Origin: a virus | Lineage: Duplodnaviria; Caudoviricetes | IMG/VR virus record: IMGVR_UViG_3300022173_000069 | Span: 1 to 46,555 of that record | DNA length: 46,555 nt | Reading direction: 5' to 3' (one strand) | Part shown: in pieces, positions 27,120 to 36,991 of the stretch | How positions within the stretch are numbered: position 1 is the first letter of the stretch | Layout: each line of letters starts with the position of its first letter | The notes under the pieces: generated by a model | The model's input: only the letters and a program-made list of their open reading frames with translations | What the model was told of the DNA's origin: nothing | Database searches by the model: none | Made by a program: the position numbers and the translations under genes

Positions 27120-27175
27120 GCATAATCGCAACAGCCGCCTCCGAAGTGGGCCAAGACTGCGCATCCCTTCGGTGG
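27120..27175 (+). promoter_or_regulatory. Late-region motif, copy 1
   Basis: GCATAATC..AGCCGCCTCCGAAGTGGGCC plus a hairpin; repeated at 28479 and 35701. Confidence 0.6.
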
Positions 27176-27184
27176 ACCCCTCCC

Positions 27185-28459
27185 ATGCCCTACGATCTCT
27201 CTGCGGCGCTCAAGGCGTCGGCACCGAACGCCGTGATCCTGGTTCCGCCCGGTGACTATGGCGACGTGAGCGTTCAGGGGGTGGATCGCTCGGCGAGCCC
27301 CGTGACCATCAAGCCGCAGGACCCGGCCAATCCGCCCACCTTCCGAACCGTCGCCCTAAATGGCTGCGCGGGTCTGACCATCGAAGACCTCAGAGTACGG
27401 TTCACTCCCGTGGTCGGAACCGCGCCGCACACGCCCGTGGTCTACATCAACCGCTGCAAGGATATCCGCCTGATCCGCACCGACGTGCAGGGCGGGAGCG
27501 CCGTGGACGGAAGCCCGCCCGACATCGACGTCAACGCGCCCCGGGCTCCGAACATCCTGGGCTACCCGACCGGCCGCGGCCTCCAGATCGAGGCTTCATC
27601 GAACATCGTCGTGGACCAGGCCAACGTCCGCACCTTCGCCAACGGGGTCCTGCTCTATCAATCGACCGGGGTAACGCTGCGCAACGTCGATGTCTCCGAC
27701 GTCCGGTTCCACCACATCGCCGGCGCCACCTGCTCGGACATCACCATCGAGCGTCCGCACCTGTTCTATGCCCGGCCCTGGAAGTGGAGCGGTCCTGGAG
27801 ATCACGGCGACCACATCCATTTCTGGACCGAGGAAGTCGTCGTTGGCGGGGTGAAGACCTATCCGGCGATCTCGAACCTGCGGATCATCGACCCGCTGCT
27901 GGACGCCCGCCTGGAGCTGCCCGGCTCGTTCCCGATCATGGGCGTGTTCCTTGAGGATCGCCGAGCCGCGCAACGGGGCGGACCCGGCTATCCCGGCCTC
28001 GAAATGACCGGCGGCACGATCATCACCGGCAACAACCAGGGCATCTATCTCCAGGAGGCTCAGGGCAAGGTTTCCGGCCAGACCATGCTGCTCAGTCCGG
28101 CCGGGTTCTACAAGGGCGTCCTCGGCGCTCCCAGCGTGCTGATCGAGGGCTCGACGTCGAAGGTCGCGTTCGCCAACATCGCGTCCCACGACATCTACGG
28201 CACCCTGACCACCAAGAAGGCCGGCCCAAGCACCTACAGCGGCTCGGCCAAGGTGGTCACCACGCCCGAGATGGTCGATGCCGCCCGCAAGGCATGGTTC
28301 GCGAAGAACCGGCCGGCCGTGAAGCCCGTCACCCCGCCAGCCCCGCCCGCGCCTCCCGTGGCCACCTATCCATCCCGCAAGGCCGCCTTCGACGCCCTGG
28401 AAGCGGCGCAGCGGCAGATGGCGACGGCGACCGCGTTCCTACGCCTCGGCGAAGGCTAG
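27185..28459 (+). CDS. Right-handed parallel beta-helix protein (polysaccharide lyase/depolymerase-like)
   Basis: LSAALKAS..VILVPPGDYG cap, repeated beta-helix rungs, GDHGDHIHFWT motif. Confidence 0.8.
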   Translation: MPYDLSAALKASAPNAVILVPPGDYGDVSVQGVDRSASPVTIKPQDPANPPTFRTVALNGCAGLTIEDLRVRFTPVVGTAPHTPVVYINRCKDIRLIRTDVQGGSAVDGSPPDIDVNAPRAPNILGYPTGRGLQIEASSNIVVDQANVRTFANGVLLYQSTGVTLRNVDVSDVRFHHIAGATCSDITIERPHLFYARPWKWSGPGDHGDHIHFWTEEVVVGGVKTYPAISNLRIIDPLLDARLELPGSFPIMGVFLEDRRAAQRGGPGYPGLEMTGGTIITGNNQGIYLQEAQGKVSGQTMLLSPAGFYKGVLGAPSVLIEGSTSKVAFANIASHDIYGTLTTKKAGPSTYSGSAKVVTTPEMVDAARKAWFAKNRPAVKPVTPPAPPAPPVATYPSRKAAFDALEAAQRQMATATAFLRLGEG

Positions 28460-28478
28460 CCAAGGCCCCGAAACACGG

Positions 28479-28534
28479 GCATAATCCTCCGTAGCCGCCC
28501 CCGAAGTGGGCCTCGTTCCTCACTTCGGGCGGCT
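28479..28534 (+). promoter_or_regulatory. Late-region motif, copy 2
   Basis: GCATAATC..AGCCGCCCCCGAAGTGGGCC; hairpin with CACTTCGGGCGGCT. Confidence 0.6.
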
Positions 28535-28557
28535 CATGAACTCTGCCGACATCGTAG

Positions 28558-29964
28558 ATGGTTAGCGTCCCCTTCGCTCTGGGGGCCAACAAGCGGTCAG
28601 CCTTCCCCGGCTTTCCGCAACTGAACCTCTATGCCGAGAAATCCCCCACTAGCCCCGACAAGCCCTACGCCCTGGTCGGTCGCCCTGGCCTGGAGGACTA
28701 CGCGACCGTGGGCGACGGGCCGATCCGCGCCCTGCACCGCAAGTCCGGCCTGTTCGACGACGGCGCCATCATCCTCTCCGACGAGACGGTCTACAAGCTG
28801 GCCACGAACGGGTCTGCGACGGCGTTCAGCGGCACGGTTCCGGGTCAATTCCGGGTGTCCATCGCCTCGGGCCTGGACCCCGACCAGCTTGCCGTGGTCC
28901 GCATCGCCAACGACCTTCGGCTCTACAAGGTCACGGACGCCGGCGGGACGGTCGCGGAGAACTTCCCTTCGGCCAGTGAGAGCGACGGGGCCTCGTCCAT
29001 CGCCTATATCCGCGGCTTCTGGATCGCCATCAAGACCGGGACCCAGCAGGCCTACTACCTCGTGCCCGGCGACACCGACTGGACGGCCCTGTCGTTCGCC
29101 TCGGCCGAGTACCAGCCGGACAAGCTGATCGCGGTCATGATCCTTGGGGACCAGATCTGGTTCCTCGGCGCGGCCACCACGGAAGTCTGGGCTCTGACGG
29201 GTCAGGCCAGCCCTGCCATCCAGCCCTACGGTGGCCTGAACTTCGACATCGGCTGCCGCGCGCGGGATACCGCCGTCGTGGTCGGTTCGTCGCTGATCTG
29301 GGTCGGCAACGACTGCAGCGTCTATCTGTCCGCGGGCGGGGTTCCCAAGCCCATCTCCGACAACGGCTTGGCCGAGCAGATCCGCAAGTCCAACCCGCTC
29401 TATCTGCGGGCCTGGGGCTACGTCCTCGACCAGCACGTCTATTACGTCCTCACCCTGGAGGATCAGACCTGGATCTACGACGGCTCCACGGGCTTCTGGA
29501 ACCCGGCGAACTCCAAGGGTCTCAACTACTGGCGCGCCCACATCGGATCGGACGTATCGGGCCTTGCGCTGGCGGCCGACGCCCTGCCGAACAACCCGCA
29601 GATCTGGCGCGTGAACCCCGACGACCTGACGGACTCGGGAGAAGAGATCGAGCGCCTGGCGACGGCCTTCCTGGAGTGGAAGGGACCGCGCACCCGCTGC
29701 GCCAATGCGTCCCTGCTCTGCGAGCTGGGGAACACCGGCCAGGACGAAGCGCCCCAGGTCGGGATGCGCTGGAGCGACGACGGAGGCAAGACCTTCTCCG
29801 ACTGGCTGTTCCGCTCGATTGGCCGGGTGGGGGAATACTCCGCCCGTCCGATCTGGAACCGGCTGGGCGACATCCGCGCCCCGGGCCGGGTCTTCCAGTT
29901 CAAGAGCACCGATCCCGCCGTCATCCGGCTCTCCGACTGCCGCGTGAACGAGGACGTGCGATGA
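28558..29964 (+). CDS. Packaged-DNA stabilisation/tail hub protein (P22 gp10-like)
   Basis: PGL..GPIRA, LSFASAEYQPD, TEVW, RWSDDGGKTFS..GEY..WNRLG. Confidence 0.9.
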   Translation: MVSVPFALGANKRSAFPGFPQLNLYAEKSPTSPDKPYALVGRPGLEDYATVGDGPIRALHRKSGLFDDGAIILSDETVYKLATNGSATAFSGTVPGQFRVSIASGLDPDQLAVVRIANDLRLYKVTDAGGTVAENFPSASESDGASSIAYIRGFWIAIKTGTQQAYYLVPGDTDWTALSFASAEYQPDKLIAVMILGDQIWFLGAATTEVWALTGQASPAIQPYGGLNFDIGCRARDTAVVVGSSLIWVGNDCSVYLSAGGVPKPISDNGLAEQIRKSNPLYLRAWGYVLDQHVYYVLTLEDQTWIYDGSTGFWNPANSKGLNYWRAHIGSDVSGLALAADALPNNPQIWRVNPDDLTDSGEEIERLATAFLEWKGPRTRCANASLLCELGNTGQDEAPQVGMRWSDDGGKTFSDWLFRSIGRVGEYSARPIWNRLGDIRAPGRVFQFKSTDPAVIRLSDCRVNEDVR

Positions 29965-30221
29965 ACGCAACCGTCCCCATCATCGAGGCCGGCAGGGCCA
30001 CGCCGCAGTACCAGACCCAATGGCGCCAGCGCGGGGCCTTGTCCGTCACGCCAGTCCTGGCGATCCCGCCAAGCCTGACGTTGGTCAACCCCGATTACAC
30101 CCCCACCCGGGAGTTCCAGAGCCTCTACGCGCAGGCTTGGGGCGAAACCCTGCCTATCCACGAGGCGATCTGCAATCCGGACGGAACGCCCTCCTGGGAG
30201 CACCTGATCCGATGGCCGTAG
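29961..30221 (+). CDS. Small tail-associated protein
   Basis: Repeated motif V/I-NPD-x-TP-T/S; ATGA-coupled. Confidence 0.6.
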   Translation: MNATVPIIEAGRATPQYQTQWRQRGALSVTPVLAIPPSLTLVNPDYTPTREFQSLYAQAWGETLPIHEAICNPDGTPSWEHLIRWP

Positions 30222-30670
30222 ATCGCGACCCGCAATTCTGGATCGACGTCGCCGAGCACCCGGCGGTGGCGCCTCATGTGCTGTTCGGACACTCAGGCCT
30301 GCTGATCGCCGATGTGATCCGGCATCCGAGCGTGACCGCCTTCAGCTCCGAGCATGGGGGCTATCTGTTCGTGAAGCTGGACGGCCTGGGACGGGTCTAC
30401 GAACTCCATTCCCTGTTCACGCCGGAGGGCTGGGGTAGGGAAGCGCTCGCGACCGCCAAGCGCGCCTTCGCCGAGATCATGAAGACCGCGGCGCTCGTCG
30501 TCACATACGAGGTTGAGGGCAACTGGCGCTCGCGGCCCCCGAAGAGCTTTGGCTTCGCCCCAGCGGGCGGGTCTTCCGATAGTCCCGAACTTGGACTTCC
30601 CATCCGCACCTGGGTTCTCACCCAAGAGGCGTGGATCGCTTCGCCCGTTTGGAGGCGTCAATGCCACTAG
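30212..30670 (+). CDS. GNAT-like protein (P22 gp14/DUF2824 position)
   Basis: VYELHSLFTPEGWGREAL..FGF; lies between gp10 and the ejection genes. Confidence 0.6.
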   Translation: MAVDRDPQFWIDVAEHPAVAPHVLFGHSGLLIADVIRHPSVTAFSSEHGGYLFVKLDGLGRVYELHSLFTPEGWGREALATAKRAFAEIMKTAALVVTYEVEGNWRSRPPKSFGFAPAGGSSDSPELGLPIRTWVLTQEAWIASPVWRRQCH

Positions 30671-31857
30671 CAGTTCCACTCCTCGCCGCCGGCGTCGGCG
30701 CGGCCGGCAGCATCTACGCCGCCAACCAGGCCAAGAAGGCGACCAACAAGCAGATCGACGCCCAAACGGCGGCCAACCAGCAGAGCATCCAGCTCCAGCA
30801 GCAGGCGCTCGCCCAGCAGCAGAAGAACTTCGCGCCCTATCTGCAAGCGGGGTACGGCGCCCTGCAGCAGATCCAGCAGCAGTTCGGGCTTGGGACGGGC
30901 ACGGGCGGCGGCGGTAAGTCCCCGGGCGGCTTCGCGGGCACGAGCCCCACGGCTGGCGGCGGTGGACAGCCCGACTATGGCGCCTACCTCGCCAACAATC
31001 CCGACATCGCGGCCGAGGCGCAGCGCGTCATCACCTCCGATCCCAACGCCATCGGGGACCTGAACGGCGACGGCACGATCAACGCGACGGACTACGGGCA
31101 ATACCACGCCCAGACGTTCGGCGACCGGCCGGTCCCAACGACCGCAGCAGGCCCCCAGGCTGCGCAGGAACAACAGACCTTCGGCCCGCAAGTCGATCCC
31201 CGGCCCACCTATGCCCGCCCCGACCAGGGCGCGGCTCCCGCCATGCCCGACCTCTCGGCGGCGGCCTACCAGAAGTCGCCGGGCTATGAGTCCGGCCTGC
31301 TCGCCGGACAGCGCAACCTCAACGCCAACTTCGGCGCTCGCGGGCTGCTGCAATCTGGCGCGGGGGCCGAGGCGGCGATCAAGTTCGGCATCGACCATCA
31401 GAACCAGGATTACAACGCCTGGAAAGCCAACGAACTCGCCAAGTGGCAGGCCCAGACACAGCAGTTCAACGTGGATCGGGCCAACACGAACTCGAATTTC
31501 GGTCAGGATCGCGCCTTCGGAACCGGGGCCTTCGAGAGCGACCGAGGCTACGACACCGGCCGGTTCGACCAGCAGCTCGGCAACCTGTTCAACGTCGCCC
31601 AGCTCGGCAATCCATCCCAGGCGAACGCGGCCATCCAGAACAACGCCAATAACGTCGGCGGCCTCCTGCAGACCGGGGCGAACAACCTGTCCAGCCTCTA
31701 TGGCCAGCAGGCGCAGAACACGGGCGGCCTGATCGGCAACCTGACCGGGATCGGTCAGGGGCTGCTGGGGAACATGGGCGGCATGTTCGGAGGTTCGGGA
31801 TCGGCAAGCGCCAATCCGCTGCTCAACTGGAATCAATCCTGGGGTGGAGGCTCCTGA
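30661..31857 (+). CDS. DNA ejection/pilot protein (gp7-like)
   Basis: Gly/Gln/Ala-rich; PYLQAGYGAL, SPGY, ARGLLQSG. Confidence 0.8.
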   Translation: MPLAVPLLAAGVGAAGSIYAANQAKKATNKQIDAQTAANQQSIQLQQQALAQQQKNFAPYLQAGYGALQQIQQQFGLGTGTGGGGKSPGGFAGTSPTAGGGGQPDYGAYLANNPDIAAEAQRVITSDPNAIGDLNGDGTINATDYGQYHAQTFGDRPVPTTAAGPQAAQEQQTFGPQVDPRPTYARPDQGAAPAMPDLSAAAYQKSPGYESGLLAGQRNLNANFGARGLLQSGAGAEAAIKFGIDHQNQDYNAWKANELAKWQAQTQQFNVDRANTNSNFGQDRAFGTGAFESDRGYDTGRFDQQLGNLFNVAQLGNPSQANAAIQNNANNVGGLLQTGANNLSSLYGQQAQNTGGLIGNLTGIGQGLLGNMGGMFGGSGSASANPLLNWNQSWGGGS

Positions 31858-33428
31858 TGGCTGGCGCTCTAGACGCATTCAACGCCAATCGCCGGCAGTC
31901 GCTGGACGACACCCAAGGCCTGTTCGATCAGGCCACCCAACGCCGCGCTGGAGGCATGCTCGCTGGCGGCGACTACACCGGGGCGTCCTCGGCGCTCTAC
32001 AGCGGCGGCTTGCTGTCCGAGGGCGCCAACGTCCAGGCGATGGGGCAGGCGCAGACGGATCGAACGGCCAAGGCGCGGGAACGCGAGGAAGCCAAAGCCG
32101 CGGCGATTTCTCAGGAAGAACAAGCCGAGCGGCTGAAGTTCATGGCGCAGGGCGCGACGGTCCTGCTGAGCATCCCTCCCGAGCAACGGGCGCAAGCCTA
32201 CGCCCAATCCATCGCGCCAGCCCTGAAAGCCATGGGGGCGAAGGATGAGGATATCGCGGCGGGCGGCCAGCAGCTCGACGACGTGAGCCTGCAGACCTTC
32301 TCCGGTCAGGTGAACAAGGCTCTGGAGCAATTCACGCTCTCGCCGGGGTCCAAACGCTATGACGCCAGCGGACGACTTGTGGCTGAGGCTCCGTTCGCGC
32401 CGCAGTACAAGGAAGTCTCTCCCGGAGAAAGGATCATCGCCGTGGGCGGCGAGGAAGCGGGCGGGGAAGTTCAGTCCGTCGTCAACGAGATCCTGTCTGC
32501 GGGTGCGCGGATCACCAGCGGCCGGCGTTCGCCCGAGAAGAACGCTGCGGTTGGTGGGGCTCCCAACTCCTATCACCTGAAGGGCAAGGCCTACGACATT
32601 GTTCCGCCCCCAGGTATGAGCATGGCGGACCTCGAAGAGCGCCTCCGCAACAGCGGAGCGGACTTCGCCGAGCTGATCAATGAGGGAGACCACATCCACG
32701 TCGCCTGGAACGACCGGACGCCAGGAGGGGGCCGAGTTGTGGCTGATGGCGGACCAGCGCCGGCGAAGCCAACCGCTCGCCCCGCCACTGCCGAAGAGAA
32801 GGCCGTCTACGGCATCCCGGCAAACGTCCCGGCGCAGATGAAACCAGACGGCTCCGTAGACGTGATCACCCTGCCCAAGGGTACGGCTGATGCAGAGAAG
32901 GCCGCGCAGGCTAACGAGCTTCAGATCCTCAAGGCTCAGGACATTATCTCGACCGTCAAGTCCGCCAAATCAAAGGTGGGGGCGACGACGGCGGGCTTCA
33001 TCGGCGGCAATATCGGTGAGATCAAAGGGACCCCCGCATACAACCTCGCCCGAGAGATCGACACCATCAAAGCCAACCTCGGTTTCCAAGAACTAGCCGC
33101 CATGCGGGCCGCCTCGCCGACCGGGGGTGCGCTGGGAGCTATTGCGGTGCAGGAGCTTGTTGCGCTTCAAGCCACGGTCGCGTCACTTGATACGGGTCAA
33201 ACGCCAGCGCAGCTAAAGAACAGCCTCGATAAGATCGAACAGCACTATTCCCGCTGGATCGACACCGTTGAAGGCCGCACGCCGGCCGGGGCAGCCGCCG
33301 CGCCGCGCCGCCAAGCCGTGACAACCCAACCTCGATCCAGCGCTCCAGCCGTGGGCGAGATCCGTAAGGGCTTCCGCTTCAGGGGCGGAAACCCTGCCGA
33401 TCCGAAATCGTGGGTTAGGGCGCAATGA
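31857..33428 (+). CDS. DNA ejection protein with peptidase M15-like domain
   Basis: ITSGRRSPEKNAAVGGAPNSYHLKGKAYD...DHIHV zinc-peptidase motifs. Confidence 0.8.
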   Translation: MAGALDAFNANRRQSLDDTQGLFDQATQRRAGGMLAGGDYTGASSALYSGGLLSEGANVQAMGQAQTDRTAKAREREEAKAAAISQEEQAERLKFMAQGATVLLSIPPEQRAQAYAQSIAPALKAMGAKDEDIAAGGQQLDDVSLQTFSGQVNKALEQFTLSPGSKRYDASGRLVAEAPFAPQYKEVSPGERIIAVGGEEAGGEVQSVVNEILSAGARITSGRRSPEKNAAVGGAPNSYHLKGKAYDIVPPPGMSMADLEERLRNSGADFAELINEGDHIHVAWNDRTPGGGRVVADGGPAPAKPTARPATAEEKAVYGIPANVPAQMKPDGSVDVITLPKGTADAEKAAQANELQILKAQDIISTVKSAKSKVGATTAGFIGGNIGEIKGTPAYNLAREIDTIKANLGFQELAAMRAASPTGGALGAIAVQELVALQATVASLDTGQTPAQLKNSLDKIEQHYSRWIDTVEGRTPAGAAAAPRRQAVTTQPRSSAPAVGEIRKGFRFRGGNPADPKSWVRAQ

Positions 33429-35029
33429 GCGGGCCGTGGGAAGATTTCGCCGCTGACGACCCCGGCCCGTGGACTGAGTTTGCCGCCGAGGGTGCGCCGA
33501 CTCCGGCCGCCAAGGTCATCCCCCCCGAGGGGGCGGCCAGGCGAGAGCCTAGGCGCAAACGCAACATCTATGGCGAAGTCGCGGGCGCTATGGCGAACTT
33601 CAACCGCGGCCTCGGCATCGGGGATGAGATCGTCGCGGGCGCTAAGACTGTTGGGGGCTTGCTGAGCGGCCAGTTGGGGGAGGGCGGCCTGCTTGGCAGC
33701 TTCAACGCCAACATGGCCTCACAACGCTCCCTAGAGGATGATTACGCGGCCGACCGGCCCAATGTCGCGGGGATGCTGCGCAATACAGGCGTGGCAGGCA
33801 CGGCCCTCATCCCTGCCGGGGGCTCGGCGGGCTTGCTGGCGTCGTCGCCGCGCTGGTTGAATATCGGCCGGGGCGCGGTAACGGGGGCCGGGACGGCTGC
33901 GGCTTACAGCGCAGTTGATCGCGGCACGCCGGCCGAGCGTCTGCGCAACGCTAGTCGGGCGACGACAGACCCGACCGTGCTTGCCCTTGGCGCAGCGGGC
34001 GGGGCGCTTGCGCCGGCTGCTAGCCGAATGCGCCCACCCAAGCGTCAACCGGCGCCCACTCTCGAAGAACTTTCGACCGCCAAGAACGCCGCCTATCAAG
34101 CCGTGGACGCGGCTGGGGTGAGATATGCGCCGACGGCGGTGGATGGCCTAGTGGCCGACATTACCCAGGATGTGCAGTCGGTGAATATCAACGCCGCCCG
34201 CCACCCGCGCGCCGCGTCCATGCTGTCCGACATCCAGGCCATGAAAGGCCAGTCGCCGACCCTGACCGAACTCGACCAACTCCGCCAAGTGATCCGCCGG
34301 GACGTGGCGAGCGCGCCGGATGCGGCCGAGGCGTTCTTTGGAAAGCGCATGATCCGGAAGCTTGATGGGTTCATTGACGGCGCGGGGCCTGCGCAGGTTG
34401 TCTCCGGCAGCGCTACCGACGCCGCTGGAATGCTCCGTAGCGCTCGCGACCTGAACACCCGGGTCCGTAAGATCGAATCCATCACCGAGGGCGTGGACCG
34501 CGCCAAGATGCGTGCGGGCTCGACGGGCTCTGGTGGCAATGTGGACAACGCCACCCGTCAGGAGATGCGTCGTATCTTCGAGAAAACCCCCAACCTCACG
34601 GAAACAGAAGGGGCCATGCTCGAAAGGATCATTGTCGGGACCAGGGGCCAAAACGCGCTGCGTCAGGTCGGAAAGCTATCGCCGCAGGGCAATGGCCTGA
34701 TGACCGCGCTGAGCATCGGGGGGGCTGCAGCTAATCCGCTGCTCGCCGTTCCCACGGCGGCGGGCGCGCTCTCGAAGGTGGCGGCCGACAGGATGACCCA
34801 GCGCGGGGTTGAAGATCTGATCGACGAGATTGCCCGAGGCGGAAGCCCGGCGGCCAATGAGGCCCTTAGGGACCTCGCCGCCAGAAACCCCCAGATCGAC
34901 GCTCTTCTCGAAGCGGCTTCGGCCCGAATGTCCAGAGTTGGCGGTGCGGCTGCTGCGCCTGTGGAGATCGAGGTGAACCAGTCCACGCACCCCGAATACC
35001 TCGCCTGGCGACGGCAGCAAGGGCGCTAA
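33425..35029 (+). CDS. DNA ejection protein (gp16/gp20-like)
   Basis: MSGPWEDF start; Ala/Gly-rich helical 534-aa ORF. Confidence 0.7.
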   Translation: MSGPWEDFAADDPGPWTEFAAEGAPTPAAKVIPPEGAARREPRRKRNIYGEVAGAMANFNRGLGIGDEIVAGAKTVGGLLSGQLGEGGLLGSFNANMASQRSLEDDYAADRPNVAGMLRNTGVAGTALIPAGGSAGLLASSPRWLNIGRGAVTGAGTAAAYSAVDRGTPAERLRNASRATTDPTVLALGAAGGALAPAASRMRPPKRQPAPTLEELSTAKNAAYQAVDAAGVRYAPTAVDGLVADITQDVQSVNINAARHPRAASMLSDIQAMKGQSPTLTELDQLRQVIRRDVASAPDAAEAFFGKRMIRKLDGFIDGAGPAQVVSGSATDAAGMLRSARDLNTRVRKIESITEGVDRAKMRAGSTGSGGNVDNATRQEMRRIFEKTPNLTETEGAMLERIIVGTRGQNALRQVGKLSPQGNGLMTALSIGGAAANPLLAVPTAAGALSKVAADRMTQRGVEDLIDEIARGGSPAANEALRDLAARNPQIDALLEAASARMSRVGGAAAAPVEIEVNQSTHPEYLAWRRQQGR

Positions 35030-35188
35030 AGGCTCTGACCAGATGTTTCCAGCCAATCACCGCCGCATAGACGAAAATGAAGAGGCCGGGGACGAACTTC
35101 GATTCACGGAATATGCGCTCACCAAGTTCCCAGCGCACTTCGCTATTATCGCCTTGCAACAACTTAACAGCGCCCTTAGAGTTGTTAT

Positions 35189-35680
35189 ATGGTGAAGGAA
35201 ATTGAACTCTCTCAAGGCTTTGTAGCTCTTGTCGACGATCAGGACTACGAATTCCTCAATCAGTTCTCGTGGTCAGTTCACGGCTCTCCGAGGTCAAAGA
35301 CTCGATATGCCCGGCGCGGGGACAGGCGGGCGGACGGAAGGGTGATTTTTGTCACCATGCATCGGCAGATCATGTGCCCGCCAAAGGGCGTGACCGTCGA
35401 TCACGTCAACCAGGACGGCTTGGACAACCGCAAGGCCAACCTACGGTACGCGACGAGCCAGCAAAACAGCTTCAACCGCACTCGGGTTCGCACGAAAAGC
35501 CCTTATCGCGGCGTGAGACTGCAGACCCGAGGAGGGGGTTGGCAGGCTCACATTCGAGTGGATGGACACCTCAAGGCTCTCGGAACGTACAGGACCGCGG
35601 AAGAGGCCGCGCGTGTCTATGATCAGAACGCTTTGAAGCACCAAGGGAGCTTTGCGGTTCTAAACTTCCCCGAAGTGTAG
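35189..35680 (+). CDS. HNH-AP2 homing endonuclease
   Basis: [23 protein letters not shown] plus AP2-like [25 protein letters not shown]; own promoter TTGCAA-N17-TAGAGT. Confidence 0.92.
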   Translation: MVKEIELSQGFVALVDDQDYEFLNQFSWSVHGSPRSKTRYARRGDRRADGRVIFVTMHRQIMCPPKGVTVDHVNQDGLDNRKANLRYATSQQNSFNRTRVRTKSPYRGVRLQTRGGGWQAHIRVDGHLKALGTYRTAEEAARVYDQNALKHQGSFAVLNFPEV

Positions 35681-35700
35681 TTCCGCGCTACTATCGAACC

Positions 35701-35723
35701 ACAGATCGCCCCCGAAGCTGGGC
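35701..35723 (+). promoter_or_regulatory. Late-region motif, copy 3
   Basis: TACTAT upstream, then ACAGATCGCCCCCGAAGCTGGGC. Confidence 0.5.
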
Positions 35724-35751
35724 ATTCCGTCACCGCAACTGAGCGGGAGAC

Positions 35752-36804
35752 GTGTCGGCTTTTCAGGAGGCGAACTTGGGCGAATTGCTGGGCCGTTGGG
35801 CTACCGCTGTAGACGCGAACCTCAACGCGCTGCCTGCCGCCCGTTTGCACACCTTCGACTCCGTCGCCACCACGGTTACCAAGGCGACCTATTCCGACCC
35901 CGAGCTGACGACACCCCACGCGAACCCCGTGGTCGCCAACGCGTCGGGCCAGTTCCCGCAGATCTTCGCCGATGTGGGCGAAAGCTTCTATCTCGTGCTC
36001 AAGACCTCGGCCGGCGTTCTGGTGGAGGATTTCGAGCAGGTCGATGCGCTGGGCAATACCGGGTCCGGATCCTTTGATCGCGACTTCGGAGCGGGCGGGC
36101 GATGGAGTGTCGCTGGAGCGGCCGGCGTGGTCCGCATGGAGTTCGGTCCGCCGACCGGAGACGATATCGGCGGCATTGCTGAGCTTGGCGGTCAAGACGG
36201 TACGCAGGGCCAAACCCTGGAAGTTGACTTCGCCGAGACCACCATTACCGGCGACGTAGCGATTGTCGGCGAGCTTGAGGTGACCAGCGACACGGTCCCG
36301 TTCCCGAAGCTCCTCACGCGTGGGACGGTGACGGCGCAAGCGGCTCTTGAGCTGGCCTTGGATGACAGCTTTTCAGAGTGGGAGGTCCGCGTCCGCGATC
36401 TGCTCACCTCGGGCGGCAATCCGATAACGGGTCAGATCAGCGTGGACAGCGCCGCCACCTACAAAGCCGCAGCCGGCGACTACGTCTACGTCTCCATCCA
36501 TCAAGCCAGCGGCGGGGCGGGAGCCACGACGGCGACAGATGGGACATATGTCCAACTTACCAACGCCACGCCCACGACAGCGGCCGATGGCCTGGACGCC
36601 GTGATCAGGATCACCAGCAAAACCTCCCGAGAAACCCGCATGATGGCCAACTGGATCGCCATCTCGGCGACGTCCGGCAATTGCCTTACCGGCCAATCGG
36701 GGGGTGGAACCAAGGCCAAGGCCTACGGCAAGGCCACGAACGTCAAGCTCGCGCCGACAGCAGGAACCTTTACCTGTGACTACGCGGTCTACGGCGTCAG
36801 ATGA
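35752..36804 (+). CDS. Tail fibre/spike protein with N-terminal attachment domain
   Basis: TYSDPELTTPHANPVVANASGQFPQIF..Y.LVLKTSAGV, typical of podovirus spike N-termini. Confidence 0.75.
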   Translation: MSAFQEANLGELLGRWATAVDANLNALPAARLHTFDSVATTVTKATYSDPELTTPHANPVVANASGQFPQIFADVGESFYLVLKTSAGVLVEDFEQVDALGNTGSGSFDRDFGAGGRWSVAGAAGVVRMEFGPPTGDDIGGIAELGGQDGTQGQTLEVDFAETTITGDVAIVGELEVTSDTVPFPKLLTRGTVTAQAALELALDDSFSEWEVRVRDLLTSGGNPITGQISVDSAATYKAAAGDYVYVSIHQASGGAGATTATDGTYVQLTNATPTTAADGLDAVIRITSKTSRETRMMANWIAISATSGNCLTGQSGGGTKAKAYGKATNVKLAPTAGTFTCDYAVYGVR

Positions 36805-36991
36805 CCCCCCACCAAGCCATCAGCGCCGGAGGGTGCGCGAACACCCCCCGACGCCCGAACCGGGAGTTGAGCCCGATCCGTTCCCGCGCGGGACGGCGCC
36901 AACTCTGCACGCCAGCCCCAGATTCACAAGCGAGCGAGTTGAGCGCCCGACATGGTCAAGCATGAGCGCCGTAGTGTCATTGGCGGCCCCG

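Noticed and set aside
12502-32699. Long antisense ORFs (e.g. 12502..13755, 14627..15835, 28597..29970, 30667..31878)
   Set aside because: These are shadow frames of well-supported plus-strand genes in high-GC DNA.
34866-35162. Antisense membrane-protein moron
   Set aside because: It has one short hydrophobic stretch, overlaps the ejection gene substantially and lacks a clear start signal.
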